Positions 20,420-29,563 of a DNA stretch of 64,000 nt are shown here, one piece after another. A model generated the notes under the pieces. It saw only the letters and a program-made list of their open reading frames with translations. It was not told the origin of the DNA and ran no database searches. How positions within the stretch are numbered: position 1 is the first letter of the stretch; the number at the start of each line of letters is the position of its first letter. Source of the DNA: Candidatus Velthaea sp. (GTDB taxonomy: Bacteria > Vulcanimicrobiota > Vulcanimicrobiia > Vulcanimicrobiales > Vulcanimicrobiaceae); the NCBI GenBank assembly GCA_965214935.1, contig CBDCCS010000022.1, positions 256,001 through 320,000 on the forward strand, written 5' to 3'. The position numbers were made by a program, and so were the translations under genes.

Positions 20420-20827
20420 TTAGCGTTCGATTGCAAAAAGAGGCTGCCCGTATTCCACCGGCTGTCCGTCACTGATAAACACGGCCGCGACCTTACCCGG
20501 GCCGCGCGACCGGACCGGATTCCGGATGCCCAGCGCTTCGACGAAGGCAAGTTCGCGGTCGTTCTCGAGTTGCTGGCCGTCGCTGACCTGCGGCCGCGAA
20601 AGACGCACGACGCCGACCAGGTCGCTCGTGACGATGTCCGGTTTCTTGACGACCGGCTCGGGCGGCGCAGCGGCCGGAGGGACGGCGGCGACGGTCGCAA
20701 CAGCGCCGCTCGAGCGACGTAACTCAACCTCAAAGCCGGCGTCTTTGAGGTTCAGGCGGGCCAGACCGGAGACGGAAAACGCCTGCGCAAGTGCACGCAC
20801 GCGGACCGCGACAACATCGTCGATCAT
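20420..20827 (-). CDS. accB: AccB/BCCP-like protein lacking the biotinylation lysine
   Basis: BCCP architecture (N-terminal domain, Ala/Pro linker, biotinyl domain ending DGQPVEYGQPLF) directly upstream of accC; EAMKM replaced by EALGI. Confidence 0.8.
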   Translation of the reverse strand: MIDDVVAVRVRALAQAFSVSGLARLNLKDAGFEVELRRSSGAVATVAAVPPAAAPPEPVVKKPDIVTSDLVGVVRLSRPQVSDGQQLENDRELAFVEALGIRNPVRSRGPGKVAAVFISDGQPVEYGQPLFAIER

Positions 20828-20916
20828 CGAAGTGGTCGGGTTCGCCTCGGTACGGTCGGGTCCCGCCGATGGGCACAACGCAGGCCGTCAACCGGAGGTC
20901 GCGTACAACCACGGAT

Positions 20917-21297
20917 ATGAGCGAACAAGGCGATCTGGAAATGGCCGTTGACGATCCGTCGGTCGCACGTCATCTCTCGGCAGATTTGCGCGACGCATTG
21001 CGGGCGCTCGAAGCCGGCGGTGACGACGAGTTGGATCCGAAACTGCTCGCCGAGGCCGCGGCAATCGTCAATGCGTTCGCCGCAGCCGGACTGCTCGAAT
21101 TCGCGTACATTCCACCCGAAGACGACGGCGGCGAAGATGATGTTGCCGTCTTCGGCGTCAGCGAGGCAGCCGTCATCGAAGATGCGCCGGACGTCATCTC
21201 GCTCTTCGGCTACTTAGATCGCGCAACCGATCCGCTTCCCCGGCTCGCATACGAAAAGCACGACCTGGAGGACGAATCCCCGAACGGCGTCGTTTGA
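20917..21297 (+). CDS. Acidic hypothetical protein
   Basis: Protein-like, very Asp/Glu-rich ORF (MSEQGDLEMAVDD...) divergent from accB; no family recognised. Confidence 0.7.
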   Translation: MSEQGDLEMAVDDPSVARHLSADLRDALRALEAGGDDELDPKLLAEAAAIVNAFAAAGLLEFAYIPPEDDGGEDDVAVFGVSEAAVIEDAPDVISLFGYLDRATDPLPRLAYEKHDLEDESPNGVV

Positions 21298-21308
21298 GCG
21301 CGGTTTAC

Positions 21309-21358
21309 CGCCCGAACGGGTGAAGCGGCAAACCGCCGCGGCTGTCATAGTAACGTCA
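21309..21358 (+). promoter_or_regulatory. Probable leaderless promoter with an upstream palindromic activator site
   Basis: Extended -10 TG-T-CATAGT (21343-21351) 6 nt before ATG 21358; no SD; near-palindrome CGCCCG-AA-CGGGTG (21309-21322) centred at -42.5. Confidence 0.55.
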
Positions 21359-22265
21359 TGAACGCAACTTCCGGCGGCGCGCTGGCCGCCTTATCCAACG
21401 ACATTGCCGGGACGATCGAGAGCGTGGCGCCGAGCGTCGTCGCCGTCGAAGCGCGCGACCGGATCGGCTCGAGCGGCTTTTTTATTAAGCCCAACACGAT
21501 TTTGACGGCCGACCACGCGCTGGAATCGGACGAGATCAGCGTTATCTTCGCCGACGGTCATGAAGAGCCGGCGACCGTTACGGGCCGCGACCCGGCGACC
21601 GACGTTGCGCTGCTGCGGGTCGCGAGCGCCGGGCCGCCGCCGCTCGGCGAAATTGCGCCGGGCGACGTGCGCGTCGGCGCGATCGCGATCGCCGTCGCAC
21701 GGGATGACGACGGCGATCTGAGCGCGACAATGGGCGTCGTCGGTTCGATCGGCGCCGCTTGGCGGACGTGGCGCGGTGGCGAGATCGACCGCTTCATTCG
21801 AGCGGGACGTCTCGCTTTATCCGCGCTTTCTCGGGCAGCCCGCTGGTCAATGCGGCGGGTGCACTGATCGGACTCAACACGTGGGGACTTTCGCGCCGTC
21901 AAGCCGTCGTCGTGCCGGCATCGACGCTCGGCCGAGTCATCGAACAGCTCGGCACCCGCGGCCACATCGCGCGCGGATATCTCGGCTTGGCAATGCAAGG
22001 CATCGCCTTACCGCATGCGCTGGGCGGCGGCAGCGGCGTGATTGCGTTAGGCATCGCCGAAGGCGGCCCGGCCGACCACGGCGGCTTGATCGTCGGCGAT
22101 ATCATCGTAACGTTGCTGGGCCGGCGCATCGAGGATACGGACGACGTCGCGGCGGCGCTCGAATCGGTGACCGTCGGCGCTCCGGCGGTCGTCGGACTGC
22201 TGCGCGGCGGGAAGCCGCTCGATATCACGCTGACAATCGGAGAACGGCCGAACAATGACGACTGA
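21358..22265 (+). CDS. Cytoplasmic trypsin-like (HtrA/S1C) serine protease with PDZ domain; two apparent +1 indels near 21805-21830
   Basis: TADH, DPATDVA and reconstructed ADVSLYPRFSGSPLVN; PDZ RGYLG...GPADHGGLIVGDII. Confidence 0.85.
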
Positions 22266-23054
22266 TGTAGAACGCGAGCTCGGCTCGCTCGCCGCGCGCT
22301 TGCGTCCGTCGACGGTCAGCGTGCGCTCCGAGCACGATCGCGGCTCGGGCAGCGGAGTCGTTTGGTCGCCGGCCGGAACGATCGTGACCAACGCGCCACG
22401 TTGCGCGCACACGAACGGTAACGATCGAGCTTGCCGACGGCCGGCAAGTGCGCGGTTCCGTCGTACGGCGTGACGATACACGCGATCTTGCCGCCATCAC
22501 GATCGATGCCGCGGAGCTTCAGCCGGTCGAGATTCGTAGTCCGGCCGACTTGCGCGTCGGCGAACTGCTCGTCGCGTTCGGTCACCCGCTGGGCGTCCCG
22601 AACGTGCTGACCGCCGGGATCGCATTCGGGCCGCACCGCGCGGGCAGCGATCGTTTTGTTCGGGCCGACGTCCGGCTTGCGCCCGGCAACTCGGGCGGCG
22701 CGCTTGCCGACGTGCACGGGCGCGTCGTCGGCATCAACAGTATGATCGCCGGCGGCTTAGCGCTGGCAATACCGAGCGACGACGTGCGTCGCTTTCTCGG
22801 CGAAGCGCTGCCGTCGGCGCGGCTCGGGGTCAAGCTCGTCCCGGTACAGACGGCAGGTCGCGGCCGCCTACGCAATCGTGGCGGTCGAACCGGACAGCCT
22901 CGCGCAACGCTCGGGCCTGCTGGTCGGCGATATCGTTGCGGCGCGGCATATCCGAACGCTCGGCATCGCCCCGCACGTCCATGTCGTGCGCGGCGGCACG
23001 GCGCTCGTCGTTCCGGTGCACCGTGCCGCCGGCGAAACTGCCGCTGCCGCTTAA
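22255..23054 (+). CDS. Second trypsin-like serine protease with short PDZ-like tail; apparent indels near 22396 and 22860
   Basis: GSGSGVVW, TNA(H), RDLA, GNSGG; last frame AYAIVAVEPDSLAQRSGLLVGDIV ends at TAA 23052-23054. Confidence 0.8.
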
Positions 23055-23517
23055 AGCGTCCGAACCGGCCGTCGTCATACGCGACCTGCCGGACGAAGGC
23101 GCACTGACGGCGGCGTTGGCCGAGCGATTCGACGGACAGCCGACGATCGTGACGCTGGCGGACCCGGGCGGCGATGCCGGCCGCGCCCTCCTGCGGGCCG
23201 GCGTCCGCGGCGTAGTCGGCCGCGATCTGGCGGCCGACGATCTCGCGGCCGCGATCGACGCGGTCAGTCGGGGATTCATCGTCCTATCCGATCGCCGCCG
23301 GGAAGCCGGCGAAAGCGCCGTCGAACTTACGCCGCGCGAGCGCGACGTTCTGGCGCTCCTCGCTCGCGGCTGGTCGAACAAGACGATCGCCATCCGCTTG
23401 TCATTGGCGGAAAACACGGTCAAGTTTCACGTTGCGTCGATTTTTGCGAAACTCGATGCGACTACGCGAACCCAAGCCGTCACGATCGGCGTGCGGCGCG
23501 GTTTGATCATGGTGTGA
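23023..23517 (+). CDS. LuxR-family regulator with degenerate, truncated receiver
   Basis: ALLRAGVRGVV...LAAAIDAV; HTH LTPRERDVL...GWSNKTIA...ENTVKFHVASIFAKL; in-frame GTG 23023. Confidence 0.85.
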   Translation: MPPAKLPLPLKASEPAVVIRDLPDEGALTAALAERFDGQPTIVTLADPGGDAGRALLRAGVRGVVGRDLAADDLAAAIDAVSRGFIVLSDRRREAGESAVELTPRERDVLALLARGWSNKTIAIRLSLAENTVKFHVASIFAKLDATTRTQAVTIGVRRGLIMV

Positions 23518-23971
23518 TCAGGCGGACGGCCCCGGCGCGTTCGCCGGCGCCGAGCCGTGCGAGTAACGGCAAATACGCCGGCTCGATCTCCGCCAACGGC
23601 GCAAGTGCAAACGCGCGTTCGCTCAAACGCGGATGCGGCAGAGTTAGCTCCGGTTCATCGAGCTCGACTCGATCGTAGGCAAGAATATCGAGATCGATGA
23701 CGCGCGGACCCCAGCGGTACGTCGCGACCCGGCCGAGTTCGGTTTCAATCGCCTTAAGCGCGGCAAGCAGCGCACGCGGAGCAAACGCCGTCTCGAGCAG
23801 CGCGGCCGCATTGATGAAGTCGGGCTGCTCCGCGACGCCCCATGGCGCCGTTCGATACAGCGACGAGCGCGCCGTTATCCGGCCGAGCTCCGCCAGCCGG
23901 CCGAAGGCAGCATGCACGTGCGCTACCGCATCGCCGCTGTTCGACCCGATGCCGATTCGTGCGAGGCCCAT
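23507..23971 (-). CDS. folK: 2-amino-4-hydroxy-6-hydroxymethyldihydropteridine pyrophosphokinase
   Basis: IGIGSN, QPDFINAA, RWGPRVIDLDIL, LPHPRLSERAF. Confidence 0.96.
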   Translation of the reverse strand: MGLARIGIGSNSGDAVAHVHAAFGRLAELGRITARSSLYRTAPWGVAEQPDFINAAALLETAFAPRALLAALKAIETELGRVATYRWGPRVIDLDILAYDRVELDEPELTLPHPRLSERAFALAPLAEIEPAYLPLLARLGAGERAGAVRLITP

Positions 23972-23973
23972 GG

Positions 23974-24324
23974 CTAACGCGCTTGCCGGAGCGTGACCGA
24001 GGGGGTCGCTCCGGCGAGCAGGCGGGGCTTGGCGATCCGCACCTCGGCCGTGGCTACCCGCGGATCGCTCAGAATGAGGGTCAGCACTTCCTGGCCGAGG
24101 CGCTCGAGCAAGTCGAACGACTTCGTCCGGACGATTTCAACGATCGAGTGGTGTAACGCGGCGTAATCGAGCGTTTCGCTTAGCCGGTCGGTTTGCCGAG
24201 CTGCAGCGAGGTCGAGCTCGATCAGCACGTCGATATCGAACGGCTGCGGCACTCGCTGCTCGCCCGGATCGGCACCGTGCCGTCCGAACGCGCGGATTCC
24301 GGTGAGCGCGATGGCGTCCGTCAG
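23974..24324 (-). CDS. folB: Dihydroneopterin aldolase (inferred CTG start)
   Basis: TDAIALTGIRAFGRHG...EQ...QPFDIDV, TLDY, DLLE, KP; the conserved N-terminus lies upstream of the first canonical start (GTG 24252). Confidence 0.92.
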   Translation of the reverse strand: MTDAIALTGIRAFGRHGADPGEQRVPQPFDIDVLIELDLAAARQTDRLSETLDYAALHHSIVEIVRTKSFDLLERLGQEVLTLILSDPRVATAEVRIAKPRLLAGATPSVTLRQAR

Positions 24325-25178
24325 CGGGGCCAGTCGGCCGGACGCCAGCCGCGCACGATCGCATCGGTAACGCGCACGACATCGCGCTGTTCGTTCACGT
24401 CGTGAACGCGCACGATATCGACCCCGGCGTTCGCTGCCAGTGCGACCGTGGCGGCCGTGCCGAACGCACGGTCTCCCACGTCGCGCCCGGTCAATTTGCC
24501 GAGCGTTGATTTACGCGAGGTACCCAGCAGTGTCGGAAAGCCGAGCCCAACGAGCCGATCCAGCCGTTTGAGAATCCGCAGATTGTGTTCGGCGGTCTTG
24601 CCGAACCCGATGCCCGGGTCGACGATCACGCTGTCGGCCGGCATCCCGGCGGCAACGGCTCGCGTAGCGGTGTCGAGCAGAAAGCGCAACACTTCGTCGA
24701 CGACGTCGCCGGCATAGACGGCGACGGGCGCATTGTGCATGACGACGATCGGCGAACCGGTCTCGAGCGCCGTCTCGATCAGCTCCGGCCCGGCGCCCCA
24801 GATCGAGTTGAGCAAATCCGCGCCGGCCGCATGGGCCGCACGATAAACCGCGGGTTTGAAGGTGTCGATGGAAACGATCACGTTTGGATCGAGCGCGCGG
24901 ATACGTTCGAGCACCGGTAGAAGCCGCGCTGTCTCGACATCCGCCCCGATCGGCCGATGTCCGGGACGCGTCGACTCGGCGCCGAGATCGAGCACATCCG
25001 AGCCGGCGTCCCGCTGAGCGAGCGCGTGAACGGCGGCGCGATCGGCATCGACATAACCGTCACCCGAGAACGAGTCGGGGGTCGCGTTAACGATCCCCAT
25101 GACGTACGTGCGCGCGCCCCAAGGCAACGAGCGTCCGCGAACGCGGAGGGCGCCGCGCTTGTCAGACGCGGTTGGCAA
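24321..25178 (-). CDS. folP: Dihydropteroate synthase
   Basis: MGIVNATPDSFSGDG, GAESTRPG, DPGIGFGK, GTSRKS, RVHDV. Confidence 0.96.
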   Translation of the reverse strand: MPTASDKRGALRVRGRSLPWGARTYVMGIVNATPDSFSGDGYVDADRAAVHALAQRDAGSDVLDLGAESTRPGHRPIGADVETARLLPVLERIRALDPNVIVSIDTFKPAVYRAAHAAGADLLNSIWGAGPELIETALETGSPIVVMHNAPVAVYAGDVVDEVLRFLLDTATRAVAAGMPADSVIVDPGIGFGKTAEHNLRILKRLDRLVGLGFPTLLGTSRKSTLGKLTGRDVGDRAFGTAATVALAANAGVDIVRVHDVNEQRDVVRVTDAIVRGWRPADWPR

Positions 25179-26478
25179 CGTGCGTCAACCACCACTCGCG
25201 TAACGTAGCGACGACGAACGTCGATCCGGTCACGACCACGATGTCCTGGGCGTCGGCGTTGCGCCGTGCGACCGAGAACGCTTCGACCGGATCGGTGATC
25301 GCTCGACCCCACACGCCGAGTTCGCGCGCGATACTTGCTAAGCGTTGCGGCCGCATTGCGATCCGCCCGTCGGCATTGAACGACGTGAACGTGAACGATG
25401 CGGGCAGATCGGTAAACGATTCAATCACTTGGCCCGCATCTTTCGATTCGCCGATCGAAATGACGAAGGCAAAACGGCGGCCGGCGAAGGTTTCGCGCAA
25501 AGCAAGAGCGAGCTGGGTGGCCTTGTCGGGGTTATGCGCGATATCAAAAATAACCGCCGGGTGCGAAGGAAAGTATTCCATTCGGCCGGGGATGACCAGC
25601 CGTGCCAATCCATTTTCGACGTCGGCACGGGCCGGCCGAAGCGCCGGCGGCAAAAACTCGAGCGCACGGATCGCCGTCGCTGCATTGCGCTGTTGGAACG
25701 AGCCTAAAACCGGTAACGCCAATTCGTATGTCTCAAGCGGCGTTTGAATGCTGAACGACTGGCCGTAGCGCTGACCCGCGCGCGTATCGATCCGCACCGT
25801 ATCCCGCACGGAAATAAACGGCGCTCCGGCCGCGGCGCAGCCGGCTTCGATGACCGCCCGGGCCGCGACATCGGCCACGTCGCTCACGAGCGGAATGCCG
25901 CGCTTCGCGATACCGACTTTGTCGGCGGCTATTTCGGCCGTCGTATCACCGAGAATATCGGTGTGATCCAGCGCGACGTTCGTAATTACCGAAACGAGCG
26001 GCTCGAGCACGTTGGTGCCGTCGAGCTTACCGCCGATGCCGACTTCAATCACGGCGATATCGACATCTTCGTGCGCGAAATACACAAACGCGATTGCCAG
26101 CAGCGTCTCGTAATATGACGGGCGCCCGTGCTCGGTAGCGACGGTTTCAATCGCCGGCATCATCTCGCTAAGGATGTCGCCGAATCGCTCCTCCGATATT
26201 GCGCCCCCGTTTATCCGCGCGCGTTCCGTTACCGACACGAGATGCGGCTTGGCATGCAGTCCGGTTCGATGGCCGGCCGCCTCGAGAGCAGCGGCGGCCA
26301 TCGTTGCCGACGAACCTTTGCCGCTCGTTCCGCCGACGTGCAACGTCGGGTAACGGTTTTGCGGATTCCCGAGCGCCTCGAGTAAGGCGCGCATTCGGTC
26401 GAGCCGGTTGGGCAGCCGGCGTGACGCCGTTTCATTGATCGTGCCGAGCAGGTACGCTTGAGCCTGAGCGAAGAGCAT
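25162..26478 (-). CDS. folC: Folylpolyglutamate synthase / dihydrofolate synthase
   Basis: HVGGTSGKGS, EVGIGGKLDGTN, DHTDILG, PGRME, DIAHNP, TGS. Confidence 0.95.
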   Translation of the reverse strand: MLFAQAQAYLLGTINETASRRLPNRLDRMRALLEALGNPQNRYPTLHVGGTSGKGSSATMAAAALEAAGHRTGLHAKPHLVSVTERARINGGAISEERFGDILSEMMPAIETVATEHGRPSYYETLLAIAFVYFAHEDVDIAVIEVGIGGKLDGTNVLEPLVSVITNVALDHTDILGDTTAEIAADKVGIAKRGIPLVSDVADVAARAVIEAGCAAAGAPFISVRDTVRIDTRAGQRYGQSFSIQTPLETYELALPVLGSFQQRNAATAIRALEFLPPALRPARADVENGLARLVIPGRMEYFPSHPAVIFDIAHNPDKATQLALALRETFAGRRFAFVISIGESKDAGQVIESFTDLPASFTFTSFNADGRIAMRPQRLASIARELGVWGRAITDPVEAFSVARRNADAQDIVVVTGSTFVVATLREWWLTHVANRV

Positions 26479-26502
26479 ATCTTATCTAACGTTCGTCAAG
26501 CG

Positions 26503-26985
26503 CTAACCGTCAACGTCCGAATCGGCCAGCAAATCGAGCGCGTGAGGCAACACCGGGAGAATGACGGCCAGCGTTTCACGGACGGCCTTCGGACTACCCG
26601 GCAAGTTGACGATGAGCGTCCTATCGCGCACGCCGGCGATCGCTCGCGATAAAATAGCCGTCGGCACGAAGCGCCGAGAGTCGGCACGCATCGCTTCACC
26701 GATGCCCGGTATTTCGTAATCGAGAACGGCTGCCGTCGCTTGCGGCGTGCGGTCGCGCGGCCCGAGGCCCGTACCGCCCGAGGTAAGCACGAGCGAACAA
26801 CGGGCATCGGCGAGTTCGATAAGCGCTGCGGCCAGGGCCGCCGGGTCGTCGGCCAGCACGCGCTCATCGCCGATGGCGAAGCCGCTACCCAGACACTCCC
26901 GCACGACCGGCAAACAGCCGTCGGGCCGCGTTCCCGCCGCGGCCCGGTCCGACAAAATGATCACGGCGGTCTGATACGGACTCAC
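26503..26985 (-). CDS. mog: Molybdopterin adenylyltransferase (MogA/MoaB family)
   Basis: SGGTGLGPRDRTP, LSRAIAG, NLPGSPKA; GTGA overlap with the moaC stop. Confidence 0.9.
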   Translation of the reverse strand: MSPYQTAVIILSDRAAAGTRPDGCLPVVRECLGSGFAIGDERVLADDPAALAAALIELADARCSLVLTSGGTGLGPRDRTPQATAAVLDYEIPGIGEAMRADSRRFVPTAILSRAIAGVRDRTLIVNLPGSPKAVRETLAVILPVLPHALDLLADSDVDG

Positions 26986-27524
26986 TCCGCTTCGCCGGCC
27001 GGCGCCGTCGCCGCCGGAGCGAACCAATCGCCGCTCTTACCGCCCGTTTTTGCGACGAGCCGGAGAACCTCGACGACGATCCCCTTATCGAGTGCTTTGC
27101 ACATATCATAGATGGTGAGCGCCGCAATACCGGCGGCCACGAGCGCCTCCATTTCGACACCGGTTTGCGCGGCTGTCGTCGCCTCGGCCGCAACGCAGAG
27201 TACGCTAGACTCGAGCCAAGCAAAGCTGACGCTTACCGCGGCGAGTGGGAGCGAGTGGGCCAGCGGGATGAGGGCACCGGTCTGCTTAGCCGCCAGAATA
27301 CCCGCAAGCTGAGCGGCGACGAACGCATCGCCCTTGGGCAAAGTGGCGGCCCGCAACGCGTCGGCTGCGACATCGCCGAGCCGAACGTGCGCTTCCGCGC
27401 GGGCCGTCCGCACCGTTACCAACTTTTGACCGACATCGACCATTTGGAGCGAGCCGTCGGGCCGAATGTGTGAGGGTTTTGCCGTCGCTGCGGGAATTTC
27501 TGCAGCCAGTTGTGATGCCGTCAT
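26982..27524 (-). CDS. moaC: Cyclic pyranopterin monophosphate synthase
   Basis: MVDVGQK, KGD, AAKQT...LIPLAH, TGVEMEAL, YDMCKA, KTGGKSG. Confidence 0.95.
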   Translation of the reverse strand: MTASQLAAEIPAATAKPSHIRPDGSLQMVDVGQKLVTVRTARAEAHVRLGDVAADALRAATLPKGDAFVAAQLAGILAAKQTGALIPLAHSLPLAAVSVSFAWLESSVLCVAAEATTAAQTGVEMEALVAAGIAALTIYDMCKALDKGIVVEVLRLVAKTGGKSGDWFAPAATAPAGEAE

Positions 27525-28642
27525 CGACCAGCCCTCAGACGATCGACGCGATTGTGCTGCTCAGTGCGGTCGGCGACGTGTTTGGCGGACATGATGTAGG
27601 CTTTAGTTTGCACGTCGCCCGGGTGGCGGCCCGCTTTGCGGCCTTCCGCCACGCCGACCCCGAGACGATCGGTGTTACGTATTACGCGGCGGCACTTCAT
27701 GCAGTCGGCGCAATCGACGTTATCGTACCGCGCGACGCGAGCGAGCGGAACGCACAAATCGCACGTTGGAACGAGCCCGCCGCCGGCGCCGCGCTCGTCA
27801 CGGCATTGGGCGTCTTTCCCGAAGCCGTCGCCGATGCCGTCCGTTGGCACCGCGAAGCATTTGACGGAACCGGATTTCCCGATCGCTTGCGTTGGAACGG
27901 CATCCCGCCGACGGCAATGTCGATCAACGTCGCGCGGGCATTCGTCGCTGCGTTCGAGGCACAAGCCGATGACGGAGGCTCGGCGGCCGATGCCGTCTTC
28001 ACTCTCGTCGCGGCGAGCGGCACCGTTTTTACGCTCGCCGTCATGCGGGATTTTCGCGATTTTCTGGCCGCCTCGCCGGACTTCGATGAACCCTATACGC
28101 CGGACTGGGCGCCGGCCGCCGGCGATGCGTACGGCATCGTCGCTGCAGTCTGCGCACGCATCGACGCACGTCAGGCTCGCACGATCGGCCGGGGCGACCG
28201 GATCGAGCGCATCATCCGAGCGATCGTCGGACAACTCGGTGAACCGTCGATCGACGGCGAGCGCGCCGTTCTGGCCGGACGGTATACGGCACTGGCACGA
28301 ACGAGCGTGGACGGAATCACCGACGACGCCTTTAGTCTTTCGCGGCTGGGGCGCGACGCGCGTGCCGCTCAGGCGCATGCCGCCGCGAGTATCTTGCGCA
28401 CGACTCCGGCATTTTTTCCGTTCGCAGCAATCGTTGAGGCAACCGAAGAATGGTTTGACGGTTCGGGACCGCTGCAACGGGCAAATCGGGAGATCGATCC
28501 GCTGGCGCGAATCATCGCCGTCGCCCTTGCCGCCGAAGCCATATCAGCCGGCGACGTGCGTCTACGAATAGCCGCGGCAAGCGGGACCAGGCTCGATCCC
28601 GCCATCGTCGCTGCATACCTTGCCGCGGAGGTCGTACGATGA
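27515..28642 (+). CDS. Tandem degenerate HD-GYP-like domain protein
   Basis: AALHAVG (cf. LLHDIG), WHREAFDGTGFPDRL, second repeat EEWFDGSGP...IDPLARIIAVA...SGTRLDP. Confidence 0.7.
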   Translation: MPSSTSPQTIDAIVLLSAVGDVFGGHDVGFSLHVARVAARFAAFRHADPETIGVTYYAAALHAVGAIDVIVPRDASERNAQIARWNEPAAGAALVTALGVFPEAVADAVRWHREAFDGTGFPDRLRWNGIPPTAMSINVARAFVAAFEAQADDGGSAADAVFTLVAASGTVFTLAVMRDFRDFLAASPDFDEPYTPDWAPAAGDAYGIVAAVCARIDARQARTIGRGDRIERIIRAIVGQLGEPSIDGERAVLAGRYTALARTSVDGITDDAFSLSRLGRDARAAQAHAAASILRTTPAFFPFAAIVEATEEWFDGSGPLQRANREIDPLARIIAVALAAEAISAGDVRLRIAAASGTRLDPAIVAAYLAAEVVR

Positions 28643-29553
28643 TCGATCTGCGCGAGTACACCCGCCGCGTCGCAGGCTCGCGTCTGTTCGATATCTGTGC
28701 GTCGCATTCGATCGGCAGCATTGTCGATCCGTTCATGGGTCTGCCGACGCATCTCAACTATCTCAAACGCCGCGGCATCCGCGTGCACGGCGGCGACTTG
28801 ATGGAATGGTTCGTTCGGGCCGGTGAAGGCCTCGTCGTCAACGACTTCACCGTGCTGCGCGACGATGAAGTCGCCGAGATCGTCGAGCGTGCTCCGGGTC
28901 GCGTCTATCCCGCGGCGATGTTTCGGGCTTGGGACGGCGTCTTTTTCTCCGAGGAGCAATGCCAGTATTTGGCGATTTGGCATGCCAACGTTCACAGTTT
29001 GCGCAGCGACGGACAAACAGGTCTCGCGATCGCGGGGCTGTGGCACGTGCTCTGCTATTGGCTGCAGAAAGCGCACCATCCGGACGAGATGCCGGACATT
29101 CCGCCAAGCGAACTTGCCTGGCACTATTTGCGCGAAACGCAACGGCTGGTTTGCGCGAACAACGCGCGCAATACGGTTCGGCGCGCAGACTTCGCCATCA
29201 CAATTGAGGCCGCTCGCGCCGACTGTCTGTATTTCGCGCCCCCCGGCCGCAACAGCGCGGCCAAAGTCGACCCGCGCATCTGGATGTGGGAAGCTTGGTG
29301 GCAAGGCAATCCCTACTTAAGTATCGAGCACTATTTTCGCAATACGGTGTTCGGCCGGCGTGCGGACGACACGGCCGGTTACGAACGCGCTGTCGAATCG
29401 GTGCTTGCAGCAGCCCGAGCGTATCCGTATATCATCATGCAAACGCCGCTGCACGATGCGCCCGCGTTCGAACGGCTCATGCATGACGCAAAGCGGAGCG
29501 TCGAACGGCTAAGCCCAAACGCCGACGAGACCTATCTTATCGGTACACGCTGA
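28639..29553 (+). CDS. Degenerate DNA adenine methylase-like protein (D12/Dam-like layout)
   Basis: N-terminal IVDPFMG...RVHGGDL (SAM motif I-like); C-terminal ADCLYFAPPG in place of DLVYLDPPY; ATGA overlap with the upstream gene. Confidence 0.6.
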   Translation: MIDLREYTRRVAGSRLFDICASHSIGSIVDPFMGLPTHLNYLKRRGIRVHGGDLMEWFVRAGEGLVVNDFTVLRDDEVAEIVERAPGRVYPAAMFRAWDGVFFSEEQCQYLAIWHANVHSLRSDGQTGLAIAGLWHVLCYWLQKAHHPDEMPDIPPSELAWHYLRETQRLVCANNARNTVRRADFAITIEAARADCLYFAPPGRNSAAKVDPRIWMWEAWWQGNPYLSIEHYFRNTVFGRRADDTAGYERAVESVLAAARAYPYIIMQTPLHDAPAFERLMHDAKRSVERLSPNADETYLIGTR

Positions 29554-29563
29554 TCGCGTCGCC

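Noticed and set aside
28639..29553. Restriction-modification or defence island
   Set aside because: No nuclease, specificity subunit, integrase or obvious composition shift nearby; the catalytic motif is degenerate
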